From Camelus dromedarius (Eukaryota), in contig NC_087438.1 in the NCBI RefSeq assembly GCF_036321535.1, positions 4,590,001 through 4,654,000 on the forward strand: DNA of 64,000 bases. Direction: 5' to 3'. Below are positions 27,951 through 40,484 of this stretch, one piece after another. How positions within the stretch are numbered: the stretch's first letter is position 1; every line of letters starts with the position of its first letter. Both the position numbers and the translations under genes were made by a program. Under the pieces are notes generated by a model that ran no database searches, was not told the origin of the DNA, and saw only the letters and a program-made list of their open reading frames with translations.

Positions 27951-29844
27951 GGGCGATGACCGAGACACCCTCAGTCACAGAGCCGGGCGTGGAAGTGACA
28001 CGTTGGTCAGCATTCAATTCGGAAAGCGCAGGGACACTGAGAGTGGTTGACGGGCTCCAGAGCGTCAGCCCAACTCACTAGTTCTCAGCCTCCTTTGAGA
28101 CACAGTGTTGGCCCTGATGTGTTCCCAGTCTATCAGGCAAGTTGGGACAGCTGATCACCCTGGTGCCCAGGGGCTCGCACCCCTGGGCGGTGGGAGGCGG
28201 CCACACAGAGGAGGGAGAACCACACTGCTGGGGTCGCGGGCATTGGCTTCGTGAGCAGTTTTGGAATTTTAATTCATTAATTTAATTTAGTAAAGATGTC
28301 CACTATTTTAAACGATTTGCTTAAGCTTTATATAGTGAAAACAATTACCTGGCAGGGAGCAATGGCTTCAGAGAAGAGACTTGTGTGGAAGCAGGGCCAC
28401 CTGCCAGGAGCTGCTGGAGGGGATGCTCTTAGGACCCCAGGAGCAGGGAGGCTCTGCAGGGTTCCCACGAGGTCTCCAGACCAGCCCAGAGACCAGACTC
28501 CGCAGGGGTCTCACGGCAGAGTCCCTGACACCATCCCGGGTGAGGACCCTGAGCCAGGAGAGACGACCTGGTCCAGCCCCCTGGCCCTTCCCAGGGAAGC
28601 CGCCCCGGCCGGGAACCGCTGCAGGCGGAGGAAACCCCGAGATGGTGCGCAGTGATGCCACCAGCCGGTCCCTCCCAGGAGCGGTGGAAGTGGCCCAGAG
28701 GCTGCCTGACTGCTGGATTTTGGCTGAAGCGGGATATTTGGGTGGGAGTCTCCTGCACGGGAATTCTGCGTGCTGAGATGCACAGCCCAGAGGAGACGGA
28801 GCCGTGTCTCTGCGGTGACAGCTGCAATCATGACTAAATTTACCCTGAATTTCCTGCAGTGCCAGATCCATTTCGACTCTGAACTTTAAGAAAACAGCTC
28901 CTTGGGTTACGCAACCAGCATCACACTGGATGTGAGACGGGAGGAAGTGACACGCTCCCGCACACGGAACAAAGGCGCTCCTCCTGCTCGGGGGCAGCCG
29001 GCGAGGCGCGGCAGGCGCAGGAGGCAGGGGCCCAGCTGGGGCTCTTCCTCCCCACAGCGCAGACCCCACAGCGCTGACGCGTGCCCCTCCCGGGCCCAGG
29101 GCCTGGGGCTCTGCGAGGGGCCGGCGGATGGATCTGGAAGGAGCCCAGGTTCAGGCGTGAGCCCGGGAAGAAGCCATGCGTTACTTTCCAACCCAGGCTG
29201 CTCATTATGCTCACCTAGGGAGCTTGTGACAATCCCGCTGGGCGGCCTCATTCCCAGAGATCAGGACTGCACTCTGCTGGGGTTGAGCCTGGATGTCAAT
29301 GTTTCAAAGCACGTTTGCCGTGCAGCCAGGGCTGAGCCCACGCGCCGAAGGTGTTCCCGTCAACCAGATACCCTTTGTCCACCCGCAGACGCCTCGGAGC
29401 CTCAGCCTCCGAACCTGCAAACCGAGGAGCGTGGCTCATGTGACCTCCCGGATCTGCTCGTCCCAATGGTTTAGGATCCTGGTGTTCGGATGCTGTGGGA
29501 ATCCTAACAAAATCGTCCCTAAGTGGCATTATCATTTTGCCTGTTTCACCTGCATCCAACCAGTATGCCTACGGGGGTTTCCCGGTGAGCTCACTTATGT
29601 GTTGTTCCTTATTTCCATCAGCCCCCACAAGTGACGTCTGTCCCGACTGTGGTCACGCAGGCCGGCTCTGCCTGCTCTTGACCTTGACTTAGGCCGCACT
29701 GCAGTAACATCTCTTTTCTGTTGGGCTTCGTTCACTTAACATGTCTTCAAAATTCATCCACGCTGCTGCATCGATCAGTCGTCATTCTCTTTCATCACTG
29801 TGTGCTACCGGCTGATTGAGTACCCTCCCCCCCCCCGCCCCCCA

Positions 29845-30170
29845 GTACGAGGCCCCAAACTCACACTGAAGCCTAAATTCCCAGTGTGAGGTATGAGGAG
29901 GTGGTAGCCTCTGGGAGGTAGTTAGGTCATAAGGGTGGTGCCCTCATGAATGGGGTTAGTGCTCTCATAAGGAGATGAAGAGACCAGAGCTCACTTAGGA
30001 CACAGTGAGAAGTCCAGTCACCTGCAAAACGGGGGGGGGGGGGGGGGCCCAGACACTGGACCTGCTGGCATCTTGATCTTGGACTTGCAGCCTCCGGAAA
30101 GGGGAGAAACAAATGTTTGTTTTTTAAGCCCATCGTTTTGTGGTGTCCTGTTATCAGCCTGAATGACAAA
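29845..30170 (+). mobile_element. MLT1A-type MaLR LTR containing a G17 run (30031-30047)
   Basis: GGTCATAAGGGTGGTGCCCTCATGAATGGGGTTAGTG...CATCTTGATCTTGGACTTGCAGCCTCC...TTTAAGCC. Confidence 0.8.
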
Positions 30171-31405
30171 GATATTATGTCATACTTTGTGGTCTGAATA
30201 TCCCAGACTAGATTTAGCCTTTCTCTTGATTTGGGTAGTTTCCATATTGGGGCTATTTTAAACTGCTGGGAACATTCTTGTATTTGTCTCTAATTTTTAG
30301 CAAATAGCATTAACTTGGATTTGTTTTCTCAGGCCTTGAAAAGCTGGTCTGGACATTTTGAGGGGAGACTGCACAAGAAATGAGCCCACAAGAAATCTGT
30401 TTGTTTTTGATGCAAAGTGCAGAATGAAGCACAGTCATTGCACTCGGATTTAACTGAGCTGCTTGGTTTTAAAGACACACTTGGCCACTGTTGTATTACC
30501 TACAAAGTGGACACCTGGAGTTTGCAGTGAGCAGGGAGTAACTGTGGTGTTGCCATGGCTCGTTTGCAGTCCTCCTGCCCTGGGAGATGAATGAGATGGA
30601 GCCGGAAGTGACATGTAAGATGGGGCGGAAGCAGGAGGTAGATTTCAGTGCTGCAGCTCATGTGGATTAGGGATGCGTGTCCCCCAGTGCTCAAGGGCAG
30701 CCCCACACACTCTGACTGTATTTCCCACCCACGAAATCTTGCCTTTTGGAAAAATAACATGAGTGTTTACAGATGATTTTTTGAGAGTCATAGAGTTAAA
30801 GCTAATGACTGTATTTTCTAGAATTTTCCTGAGCTTATGGCTGCACTGGGAAAAGTGGAGAGACCTTGAATCCTCAGCCACTTACTCAACACAGGAGTGT
30901 GTGGAAACCTCATTAGATGCAGAGCGGACACACATTCCTCTCATAGGGATGCAGTAATCAACCATCCTTCCCTTTCATTGAGATTTAGATCTTCAGATTG
31001 TGTTGATTTAAGTTCTGTTGGACTCCCTCAGGTCGAGTTCCCTGAGAGCCCCAGGGAGCAGCCCCCAGTGGCCCCACGTGGCCTCCCAGGGAGCGTGGTT
31101 CTGCTGACCCTGAGCTGCCGTATTTATAATGAGATTCCTCTGTGTTTAGTTTTCTCTTTCAGAACCTGCTTTATCAGGTTTCATGTCATGTTGGTCTCAT
31201 AAAATGAATTGAGGAGTTTTCCACAGATTTTTTTCTGTGTTCTGGAGCAGTTTGGTAACATTGGAGTCCTTTGATGTCTTTAGAGAACATTGAAATCCCT
31301 CCTCAGTTGTGCACAGCGCTCCCTCTCTTTCTTCACCTAGTGAGTGGATGGGTCTAATGTGCAGACGGTCCCTGGGAAGCTGGTGTGAACAGCATTTCCT
31401 CCAGA

Positions 31406-31500
31406 TATTTTTATTTATTTACTGTAATGGAGGTGCTGGGGTTTGAACTCAGGACCTTGTGCCTGCTGGGCACGTGCTCTGCCACTGAGCTATGCCCTCT
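31406..31500 (-). mobile_element. tRNA-Ala-derived SINE (Vic-1-like)
   Basis: Reverse complement reads AGAGGGCATAGCTCAGTGGCAGAGCACGTG...GGTCCTGAGTTCAAACCCCAGCACCTCCA plus a (TAAA)n tail, with A and B boxes. Confidence 0.8.
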
Positions 31501-33046
31501 CTTCCCTGCATTTTCTAACTCTTCGCCATTTCTGTCTTCCTCCTGGAATTGGTGTCACAGGCGGCTGTGACATTCCTCAGCTGCATATTTATCGTGTCTA
31601 TTATTTATCTGTTATTATCTGTTTATGATATCTATTATTTATCCTATTCATTCCGTTGTCTATTTCCACGATCATATTTTTCACACCAAACATTTCTGTT
31701 TGTTTTCTATAATTTTCTCTTCTTATATCATACGGCTAATATATCTTTTCAAATATTTGTTAGTCTAATAATTTGAGCAGACAATAGGAGATGTTTTACA
31801 ATATTCTACATCTTTGAATGCTTGTTTTTAACAAAAACTAAATGGCATGTTGGCTATGGTTATTCTCAAGGTGATTTATATGGAATAGAGTGAAATAGGT
31901 CTTCATTTCAGATAAAGTTAATGGGAAAATGTCTCTCACTAGAACTTAAACAGTTAAGCTTATGGAACTTTGAAATGCAATTAGATAACTTGGGTGTGAC
32001 TTTAGTTCCTGGTTGCCATTAGTTAAAGCTTAATTTTGGTCTCAAGCAAATACTTTTGTATCTATGAAAGAACTACCCAAACGTGAACTTTTCAGGGCAG
32101 GAAGCAAGATTGCATTTCTCGTTCTAAACTTAAGCCTGGAGATGATTAATTCAAGGAGATGAAGAAGAATACATATGACTTCAGAGACTTTATTTATTTA
32201 TTTATTTATTTTTACTTTCTTTAAAAAAATTTACATTTTTTTATTGAGTAATAGTCATTCTACAATGTAGTGTCGAATTCTAGTGTAGAGCACAATTTTT
32301 CAATCATACATGAAGATATATATATTCATTGTCACATCTTTTTTTTTCTGTGAGCTACCACAAGATCTTGTATATATTTCTCTGTGCTGTACAGTATAAC
32401 CTTGTTTATCTATTCTGCATTTTAAATCCCAGTCTGTCCCTTCCCAACCCCCCCGCCCCCTTGGCAACCACAAGTTTGTATTCTATGTCTATGAGTCTGT
32501 TTCTGTTTTGTATTTATGTTTTGTTTGTTTTGTTTTAGATTCCTCATATAAGCGATCTCATATGGTATTTTTCTTTCTCTTTTTGGCTTACTTCACTTAG
32601 AATGACATTCTCTAGGAACATCCATGTTGCTGCAAATGGCGTTATGTTGTCAGTTTTTGTGGCTGAATAATATTCCATCGTATAAATATACCATATCTTC
32701 TTTATTCAGTCGTCTGTTGATGGACATCTAGGCTGCTTCCATGTCTTGGCTATTGTAAATAGTGCTGCTATGAACACTGGGGTGCAGGTGTCATCCTGAA
32801 GTAGGGCTCCTGCTGGATATATGCCCAGGAGCGGGATTCCTGGATCATATGGTAAGTCTATTCCTGGTCTTTTGAGGAATCTCCATACTGTTTTCCACAG
32901 TGGCTTTCCTTGCTTCCCTCTCCCACTCTTAATTATTTAGATGTCTTCTTTTACAATTTCGTGTTTATTCTTTTTGTAATTCATGGTAGTTATCTCCTTT
33001 CCAGTTATGAGTTTCTCATTTTTGTAGCATCCTGCTTCTTTTCTAT

Positions 33047-33946
33047 TTAGAGTAGATCTGTCAATATTTCTTTTAGCATGGGTTTGGTGTTGCTAAACTC
33101 CTTTAGTTTTTGCTTGTCTGTGAAGTTCTTTATCTCTCCTTCTATTCTAAAGGATAGCCTTGCTGGATAGAGTATCCTAGGCTGCATCTTTTTTTCATTC
33201 AGGACTTTGAATATATCTTGCCACTCCCTTCTGGCCTATAGTGTTTATGCAGAGAAATCAGCTGAGAGCCTTATGGGGGTTCCCTTGTAACTCACTCTTT
33301 GTTTTTCTCTTGCTGCCTTTAGGATCATTTCTGTATCCTTGACTCTGGCCATCTTGATTATGATATGTCTTGGTGTGGGTCTGTTTGGGTTCTTCCTGTT
33401 TGGGACCCTCTGAGCCTCCTGTACTTGGATATCTGATTCCTTTAGGTTTGGGAAGTTTTCAGTCATGATTTCTTCCAATACCTTTTCAATCCCCTTTGTT
33501 CTTTCTTCCCCTTCTGGAACCCCTATTATGCGTAGATTGGCACGCTTTATATTATCCCATAGGTTCCTTATATTGTTTTCATTGTTTTTTATTTGTTTTT
33601 CTCTCAGCTGTTCTGACTGGGTGCTTTCTGTTGTCCTGTCTTCTAGGTCACTCATTCGTTCCTCTGTATTATCTAGCCTGTTTTGTACAGCCTTTAGGTC
33701 AGCTCTCATCTCAGCAAATGAGTTTACTAATTCTATTTGGTTCTTCTTTATAGCTTCTATTTCATTTTTGACATATTTTATATCTCTAAACACTATTTCT
33801 TTTAGTTCGTTCAGTAATTTGATCACTCCTTTTTTGAAATCTTAATCTAGCAGGCCATCAATGTCTATTTCCTTGATCGTGCTTTCAGGGGATTTCTCTT
33901 GATCTTTTAATTGGGAGTGGTTCCTCTGCTTCTTCATATTGCCCAT
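33047..33946 (-). pseudogene. L1 ORF1p remnant, 300 codons, no frameshift, three in-frame stops
   Basis: MGNMKKQRN...KRANLRIIGVPEGEE...PRHIIIK...ARREWQDIF...YPARLSF...LL*. Stops at 33842-44, 33245-47 and 33236-38. Confidence 0.9.
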
Positions 33947-35247
33947 ATCTCTCTGGCACTGTGGCTTAAGGAGTATCAGTTACCTAGTTCTCCTGGAGAC
34001 AGTGTGCTCTTAATGATTTTATGGAGATGTCTTTGTGTCTTCGTCCCGTTTCATGAACTCAGCTTACTGTTTCCAGAGGCCCTCTGTTGGTGCCCTCGAC
34101 TGTGCTGCTCCCAGTGGCTGTCAGTTAGCAGATCGCGCCCCCTCTCAACACTGGGTCAGGAGCTGAGCTCTTACCCGGTGGGTGGGCAGGTCACTCCCCA
34201 TCCCGATGCCGCAGCATCAGCCCAGCACTGTGGTCAGGTGCTGCGTTCCTGCCAGGAAGGGGGCGGGCTGCCTGCCCTTTCCCGGTGCTGGTCGCTCTAC
34301 TGCTCTGTGCAGCTGCCCACTCTGCCTCGGGTCGGCGCTCCTCTCCGTAGGCGGGCTCGGGGAGGACCACAGAACGGCCCTGCCCCTGCTCCGTGCCAAA
34401 TCTCAGCTCTTTGTTTGTCTTGATGGTGTGAGTTCTCTGACGTGCCAGAAAGATCCTATCTGCCTCGGGCTGTGAACAAGTCTCAGTCCTGCCCAAGAGG
34501 TTGTGGAGCCCCGGGGTGCGGGTTCAGGGCTCAGCCCCGCCCCCGCCCGGGCGCTCGCACAGGAGGAGATGGCGGCTGTGTCTGTGCCCCGCCTCTCTTC
34601 TCACTAGAAGTGCCAGTAATGGCGGTGCAGGTCTGAGGAGACAAAGGCTATGGAGCCCCTCCCCCCAGGGCACACCAGCCTTGTTGCTTTGCTTTTTTCG
34701 CAATTTATGTGGGACCGAGGTTGTTCTGCTCTATATCCCCTCCCAGCCACGGTGCGCAGCCCCCTGCAGTCCCCCGTGGCTGCCTCAGTGCAGCCGCCCC
34801 CGTCCTTCGCCCGGCTTGGTCGGCCTGGCCCGGCCCCAGCTGTCGCCCCGCGTCTCTGGCTGGGTGTCGCAGGGACCCTTTGTGCCCATTTAACTCAGTT
34901 CTGTTGGTCAAGGGGTGCTCGGGGCAGATCTGAGCCTCAGAAACTCCCCCTCTGTCCCGCTGGCCTCTCCATTGGAGAGGGGAGACCCAGCAAACGAGCA
35001 CCAGTCCTCCTTTGCTGCTCCCTCCCCACAGGATCGGTCCCGCACTGTTTTGCTTTTTCTTCTTGCTTTTTTCCTTTTCTCCCACCAGATTTTTGGCATC
35101 TTTGTGTTTCGAAGAGAGCGATGTTCTGTCGGAGTTCTGCAGGTGCTCTGGTTGGCTGAGTAGGTCTGTAGATGTGAGTTTTGGTGTATTTGTGGGAGAG
35201 GGTGCACTACAAGCATCCTTCTACTCCACCATCTTGCTTCCTCTCCG
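33947..35247 (-). promoter_or_regulatory. L1 5'UTR internal promoter (GC/CpG-rich, ~1.3 kb)
   Basis: CpG-rich segment between the TSD and the ORF1 ATG. YY1-like AAGATGGTGG at 35226-35235, a CpG-decayed AAGATGGCGG. Confidence 0.75.
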
Positions 35248-35606
35248 TATGACTTCAGAGACTTTGGTGAGATGGCCGTTCAAAACATTTGTCACTTACT
35301 TAAGATCATAATTTTTACCTTTGAAGATTTAAAAACAAATTATGATGACACAGACATCCATGATTTAACAGTTGTTCACACCGGGGCACTTTTATATTAT
35401 ATATAAAATATGCATACTAATGCATTAAAAAATGATCACATAGAAAATTTCACAGGTAACCATGATCATGATTTGGTGGATAGTCTTCAGCCCTGCAAAG
35501 ACAGACAAGTAATAGGAGGATGAGGAGGCAAAGATCTGGGGGTCTGTCCCTTTGTGGATGGATGTGTAGAGACTGGACTTTGCATAATCACCTAAGAACA
35601 TGTGAA

Positions 35607-36114
35607 TGAAAGGTATTGCCAGCTGTATCAGTAAACAAAGGATGCTGTGGCCCTCAAGTCATCAGCCACTACTGCTACCCCCGACAGTGAGCAGAGGGGA
35701 CTCGGGATGGAGACCAGCAGGCAGCCGGGCCTCTGCTGCACCCCCAACTGTGCCCCCTGAGGGGACTCAGGATGGAAAAGCACAGGACACTGGCCCTAGA
35801 CAGCTGGGTGCTCATCAAAGGAGTGATTCCTATAAGCCCAGGCCTTTACACCTTCCCATACATAGAAAAGCTCTGCTTTTTTTAACTTTGAGATATCTGG
35901 CTTTCTTTAATTAACAGTAATATTTTAATGTTCTGACTACCTGGTCTTTGTTGCAAAAACTCCTATATATCCTGGCTCCTCCCTTGCCTGGGCAAAACGG
36001 TTTTTTAGAATGATCTGGGAGGCTGCCTCCTGGGTTTGAATTCTTAGAAAGTCCATCGAATAAAACATAACTCTCAACTTTTAGGTTGTGCATGTATTTT
36101 TCTTTCACTTGACA
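35607..36114 (+). mobile_element. ERV solo LTR (ERV1-like, ~508 bp)
   Basis: TGAAAGG...TTGACA termini, TATA-like CCTATATATCC near 35962 and AATAAA at 36059-36064. No clean TSD seen. Confidence 0.7.
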
Positions 36115-39091
36115 AATACAGATCAGGTACCTTCGGAAGACCTTGACATGAAGTGGTGTAATCGTAGTGTCTGAAGGGCTTTTGGGTCACTTAGTCTCAC
36201 ACTGTGGTTTCCCAGTGAGGAAACTGAGCCTCGGAAATAAAATGATGCTGTGAAGGGTGTATTATTCCAGGAACACAAATCTGTTCCCTGAAAGCCACCT
36301 ACTGAATAAATTGAAATTTACAGACTTGGGTCAGGAAAATGTTCTGAGGCATGAGCACGCCTTGGGAATGTGCTCTGAATGGGACATCTGAAATAATTGA
36401 TTTTCTAAATAACGATGTTGAAAGTGCTCCATTGCAGCTTCGCAAATGTACAGGCCTGAGTCTAAAATCAGCTTTGGCTGGAGCCAGTCAGCATTCTTTC
36501 CAGGGAACTCTTGGGAACTTAGGGACCTGACTATCAGCAGGTGACAACATCACCTCCTGCAAGAAGGGGGCGGTAGTCAATTTTTGTGCGTGTTTGGTTG
36601 TAAAAGTTAATTAAAAAAAGCTGTGGGACTTGCAGATTCCTTAGACTGCCAGTGTGCAGTGATCCCCAAACTCACTGAATCTGAGTTCCTTTTCTTGGAG
36701 TACGTCACAGGGTGGTCCCTCATGGAATCTAGGCTAAGAAATGTCCTGAGGGGAAGAAGGTGTCAGGAGGGGGACAGTTCAGGCTTTAGATGAAACTTAC
36801 CAAGCAGAATATAACGTGCTTCATATGTTACAGAGCGCTGAGTGTTCACAACAACTTTGTAAGGTCGACACAAGGTCACAAGTGAAGAAATGGAGGCACG
36901 GAGGTCCCCTGGGACGTGTCAGTGGCAGCTGCCCCAACAGGCTATTGGGCTCAGCTCCAGGGCCCAAGCGGCTGAGCCCAGGCTCTGGGGGCCTCCTGGG
37001 CTCCCCAGCCTACCTCCAGTGAATCATCCAGCCTCCACCTCAGGGCCTTTGAACGTGCTGTTCCCTCTTCTCTTTGTTCCTGGTTCACACTACATACCCT
37101 TGAGGTTTCAGCTCAATGTCACTTTCTTTGGATGCCTCTTCAGACCCATCAGACTAAGTTTGTTCCTCTGTTGCCCACCACCACGTCACTTATCACAGGT
37201 CTGGTAAAGATGTGAATAGGGTCGTTGATCGATGCCCTTTCCTCCACTGCAGGCAGGGAGCAGAGCTGGCTTGCCACCTAGGTATGTGCATGGTGCCAAA
37301 CAGGGTCTCAGTTAATACGGCAAAGATGAGTCTCCCTTCCTGCAGGGTAGCCTCTCCAGTTTACATTAGTGCAAAAGACGAGAAAATTCATCTGCTGGTT
37401 GATCATGCACTTCCTCTGGATCTTGGAATGGTTAAAACATATTTAGTGTTTACTATGGTTTATGGTCTTAAAGTCTGTCTCTTCAACATGGACACGTGAC
37501 TTTGTATTTCTCTGTTTTTAAACAAATGAAAACAATGTCCCAAAGTGCTAATTAGGGCAGTAGCTCTTTTGAAGGTCATTTTTAGATGTGAATTTTGATG
37601 ATCTGGCTCTTATTTGGTACGAAGAAAAACACCATCACCCTCCTGTTAACACAGCTGACAGAATATACTTCCATTAGCAACTTTCAAAAGTGGCATTCGG
37701 AATAGAAGGAAAGAGTTGTCACTTATTTCTAGCTTCATTTGCTGTTACATGATCTTTCTCTAAGGATCGTCAAGTTACTGTTTTACATGTTGCTCTGAGA
37801 AAATAGGAAAGATCCTTGCTGACCCGGGGCTGCAGTGACTGTGAGCAGTCACAAGGAATGCCCATTGGGAAGCACTTTGCAGATACCAGATGTTACATAA
37901 GTGCTAAATTATTAATCGCCACTGTCCGCCCCCCATGGTGAACTCTCTCCGGCAATGGTAGTTTAAAGATGGGAGCTTTTCTTCATATGATTTAGGGAAA
38001 GCCCAAAATAAAAAAATTTAGCTTCCAAATGTCTTTTGCATTTGAAGAATGTTGTTACAGGATAAAATGGCTATTTTTTTTCCTCCCACATCTAAGCCAA
38101 AGCTACAAGATTATCAGATGTCCCCATTCTCTGTAATTTGAAGCTTTTGTCTGTCTGTCATTTCTGCAATGATGGTCTCTCCCATTGCGTGCCATGGACC
38201 AATCCTCAGAACCTAATGGCAAGCATACTGATGGTGCACACCTGTCTGATGCCTGGACCTACCATCATTTGTGTGCGTAGGCTCAACAGATTCCCAGGTG
38301 GGAGCCCCAAGGTGAGTGGGAGCCAGCACTGACCTGGGGAAGTGGAGATGAGCATCTTGCATGACTCAGCCCTGTGGAAGGCACTGTCTCGACTTCTGGA
38401 CTTGCCAGTTCTCCATGTCTTGGAGAACAGAAGCCTTCCCTCACCAAGAAGCAGGTTTGTGGCATGTGAATCGCTGACTCCACGTTATAGCAACGTCTAT
38501 ATTTAATCCCACCCTGTTTACTCCTGCTCTTGGCTGCAGGCCAAGCCCTTCCCATGTGTCTGTAGCTCAAGGAGATGAGAAGTCCTTCTGAGCCATCTTC
38601 AGCTGGTCCCTCTCGAGGACCTGGAACTCGGCACCACCTTTGGAAAACCGATGACTGACTCCTTGGCTAGTGGGTCGATTATAACTGAGTGTGAACCTTA
38701 ATGACAGAGTTTCTGTCTAATAGAAACGCCAACTGAAGAACCTTGGACTGACAGGAACCAGGACCTGCAAGAACCTTTGGTTAGGCCTCAGGAATTTGAG
38801 ACAAGCACTGGGCTCATTCAGGTGTACAGGTGTGGATACAGGTACACACTACATACGTATATATGTGATCTGTGTGTGTGTATGTATATATCATTCATGT
38901 CTACGTAAATGACTGTTTAAAATTTGCAGATAGAACACTCAAATACAGAGAAACTATAAATACTAACTAGCAATTTATTAAATCTGAACTGCTTTTAACT
39001 TTATTTCAACTGTTTAAGTTAAAAAAATGTTATATGGTTTTACTCTGAAATTCTAGGTCTCGATTAAAGTCTTGATCAAAAGTTGTAATTT

Positions 39092-39577
39092 GGTGTATAT
39101 ATAGGAAATGGAATATTATTCGAATATAAAGATGAATGAAATAATGCAATTTTCAGCAACATGGATGGACCTAGAGATTATCATACTGAGTGAAGCAAGT
39201 CAGACAAAGAAAGACCAAACATATGATATCACTTATGTGTAGAATCTAAGAAAAACAATACAAATTCCATTTACAAACCAAAAACAGACTCATGGACATA
39301 GAAAACAAACTATAGTTAACCAAATGGGAAGGTGGGGGAGGGATAAATTAGGGGTTGAGGATTAACAGATACACACTACTATATATAAAATAGATAAATA
39401 ACAAGGACCTACTCTATAGTGCAGGGAACTATATTAAATTCCTTGTAATAACATATTATAGAAAAGAATCTGAAAGAAAAAGAATATTTGTATGCACATG
39501 TATAATTGAATCACTTTTCTGTACACCTGAAACCAACATTGTAAATCAACTACGCTTCAATAACAATTAAAAAAAAA
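39092..39577 (+). mobile_element. 5'-truncated L1 3' end
   Basis: ATGGAATATTATTC...GCAACATGGATGGACCTAGAGATTATCATACTGAGTGAAG...TGTAAATCAACTACGCTTCAATAA plus an A tail. Confidence 0.9.
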
Positions 39578-39606
39578 TATCATTTGTGTGTCCCTGCCCC
39601 CAGGCA

Positions 39607-39793
39607 CAGGTGTGCTGGGGCCATCTCCCACTGGGTCACCAGAGCCCCAGCTCTATGTTCAGTGATATCAAGTCAGTAGCTTGAAATCGGCCACAGTAGC
39701 AGTATTTACACCATGGCAATCAGCAAATGCTACAGATCAGCTCCCTTTTCCCTCCAGGAGAGCCCACTGTTAAACATGTACCAGCACGCCACT
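39607..39793. mobile_element. MER63A-like hAT-Blackjack MITE
   Basis: GTGTGCTGG...GTAGCTTGAAATCGGCCA...TATTTACACCATGG...GTTAAACATGTACCAGCACGCCACTG. Confidence 0.75.
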
Positions 39794-40484
39794 GCTTCCA
39801 GCATCCAGTATTTGGAAGAACCCAATTTCAGCATGGAGGTTATAACCTACATCTATAAAACCTCGAAGCATCTTTGAGGAAAGTAGTCGTGATCATGAAG
39901 GGCCATTGGGAGCACCTCAGGGGAAGGCGCCATTCTAACACGCAGGAGCCCTTGTCTGAGGGTCAGAGAGGATGCTGTCATAGGCGGTTCTCTGTCCGCA
40001 GCCCCAGAACCATCACGCCAGCCCTGAGAGGTTTGGAACACATAAATACGCCTTATCTGTGTTCCCCAGCTCCTTTTTAGTGCCTGAATGACAATGTCAA
40101 AGCAATTATTCTTTAGTACCTGAGAGGAAAAGGGCTTTGCAAACAAGGCTCACTGATCACCCCAGATGCTCCTTTGAACATCACAGGAGCTGCAAAATGT
40201 AGCTCCCCGTCTCATTCTGGGGTCGAGCTGCTGGTGCCTGCCCATGCTGGCTGAGAAGTGAGACGGATGCCTCCTCCAGGGGCTCGCATCGAGGACGCGG
40301 GCACTTCTAGGAATGAATTCACCTGCAGGGACATGGGCACGTCTGCTTTCCTATGACACCAGAGGGTAGTAATGCAAGCGACAGTTAGTCTGTTTAAGAA
40401 AGAACCTTCTGACGAGTTTTAAAAGCATTTTTACAGCGCAGCCTTGACTGCATAACTATTGTTTGCAGAGTTTTACCTTCTGTT

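Larger units (their letters stand above)
32192..35247 (-). mobile_element. L1 with full 5'UTR, ORF1 and 3' end but nearly all of ORF2 missing (~3.06 kb)
   Basis: 18-bp TSD TATGACTTCAGAGACTTT at 32174-32191 and 35248-35265. (TAAA)n tail. The 5' end GGAGAGGAAGCAAGATGGTGG resembles a YY1 site. ORF1 homology is followed by a jump to the ORF2 tail at ~32904. Confidence 0.93.

Noticed and set aside
13663..30000. Many 100-294 aa ORFs (e.g. 19350..20234-, 14740..15450+, 28368..29069-)
   Set aside because: They are Pro/Gly/Arg/Ala-rich products of GC-rich DNA, overlap on both strands, and show no recognisable domain or splice-consistent structure.
31425..31500. tRNA-Ala gene
   Set aside because: Stems are degenerate, there is an A-rich tail, and related decayed copies occur elsewhere in the window, so it is a SINE.
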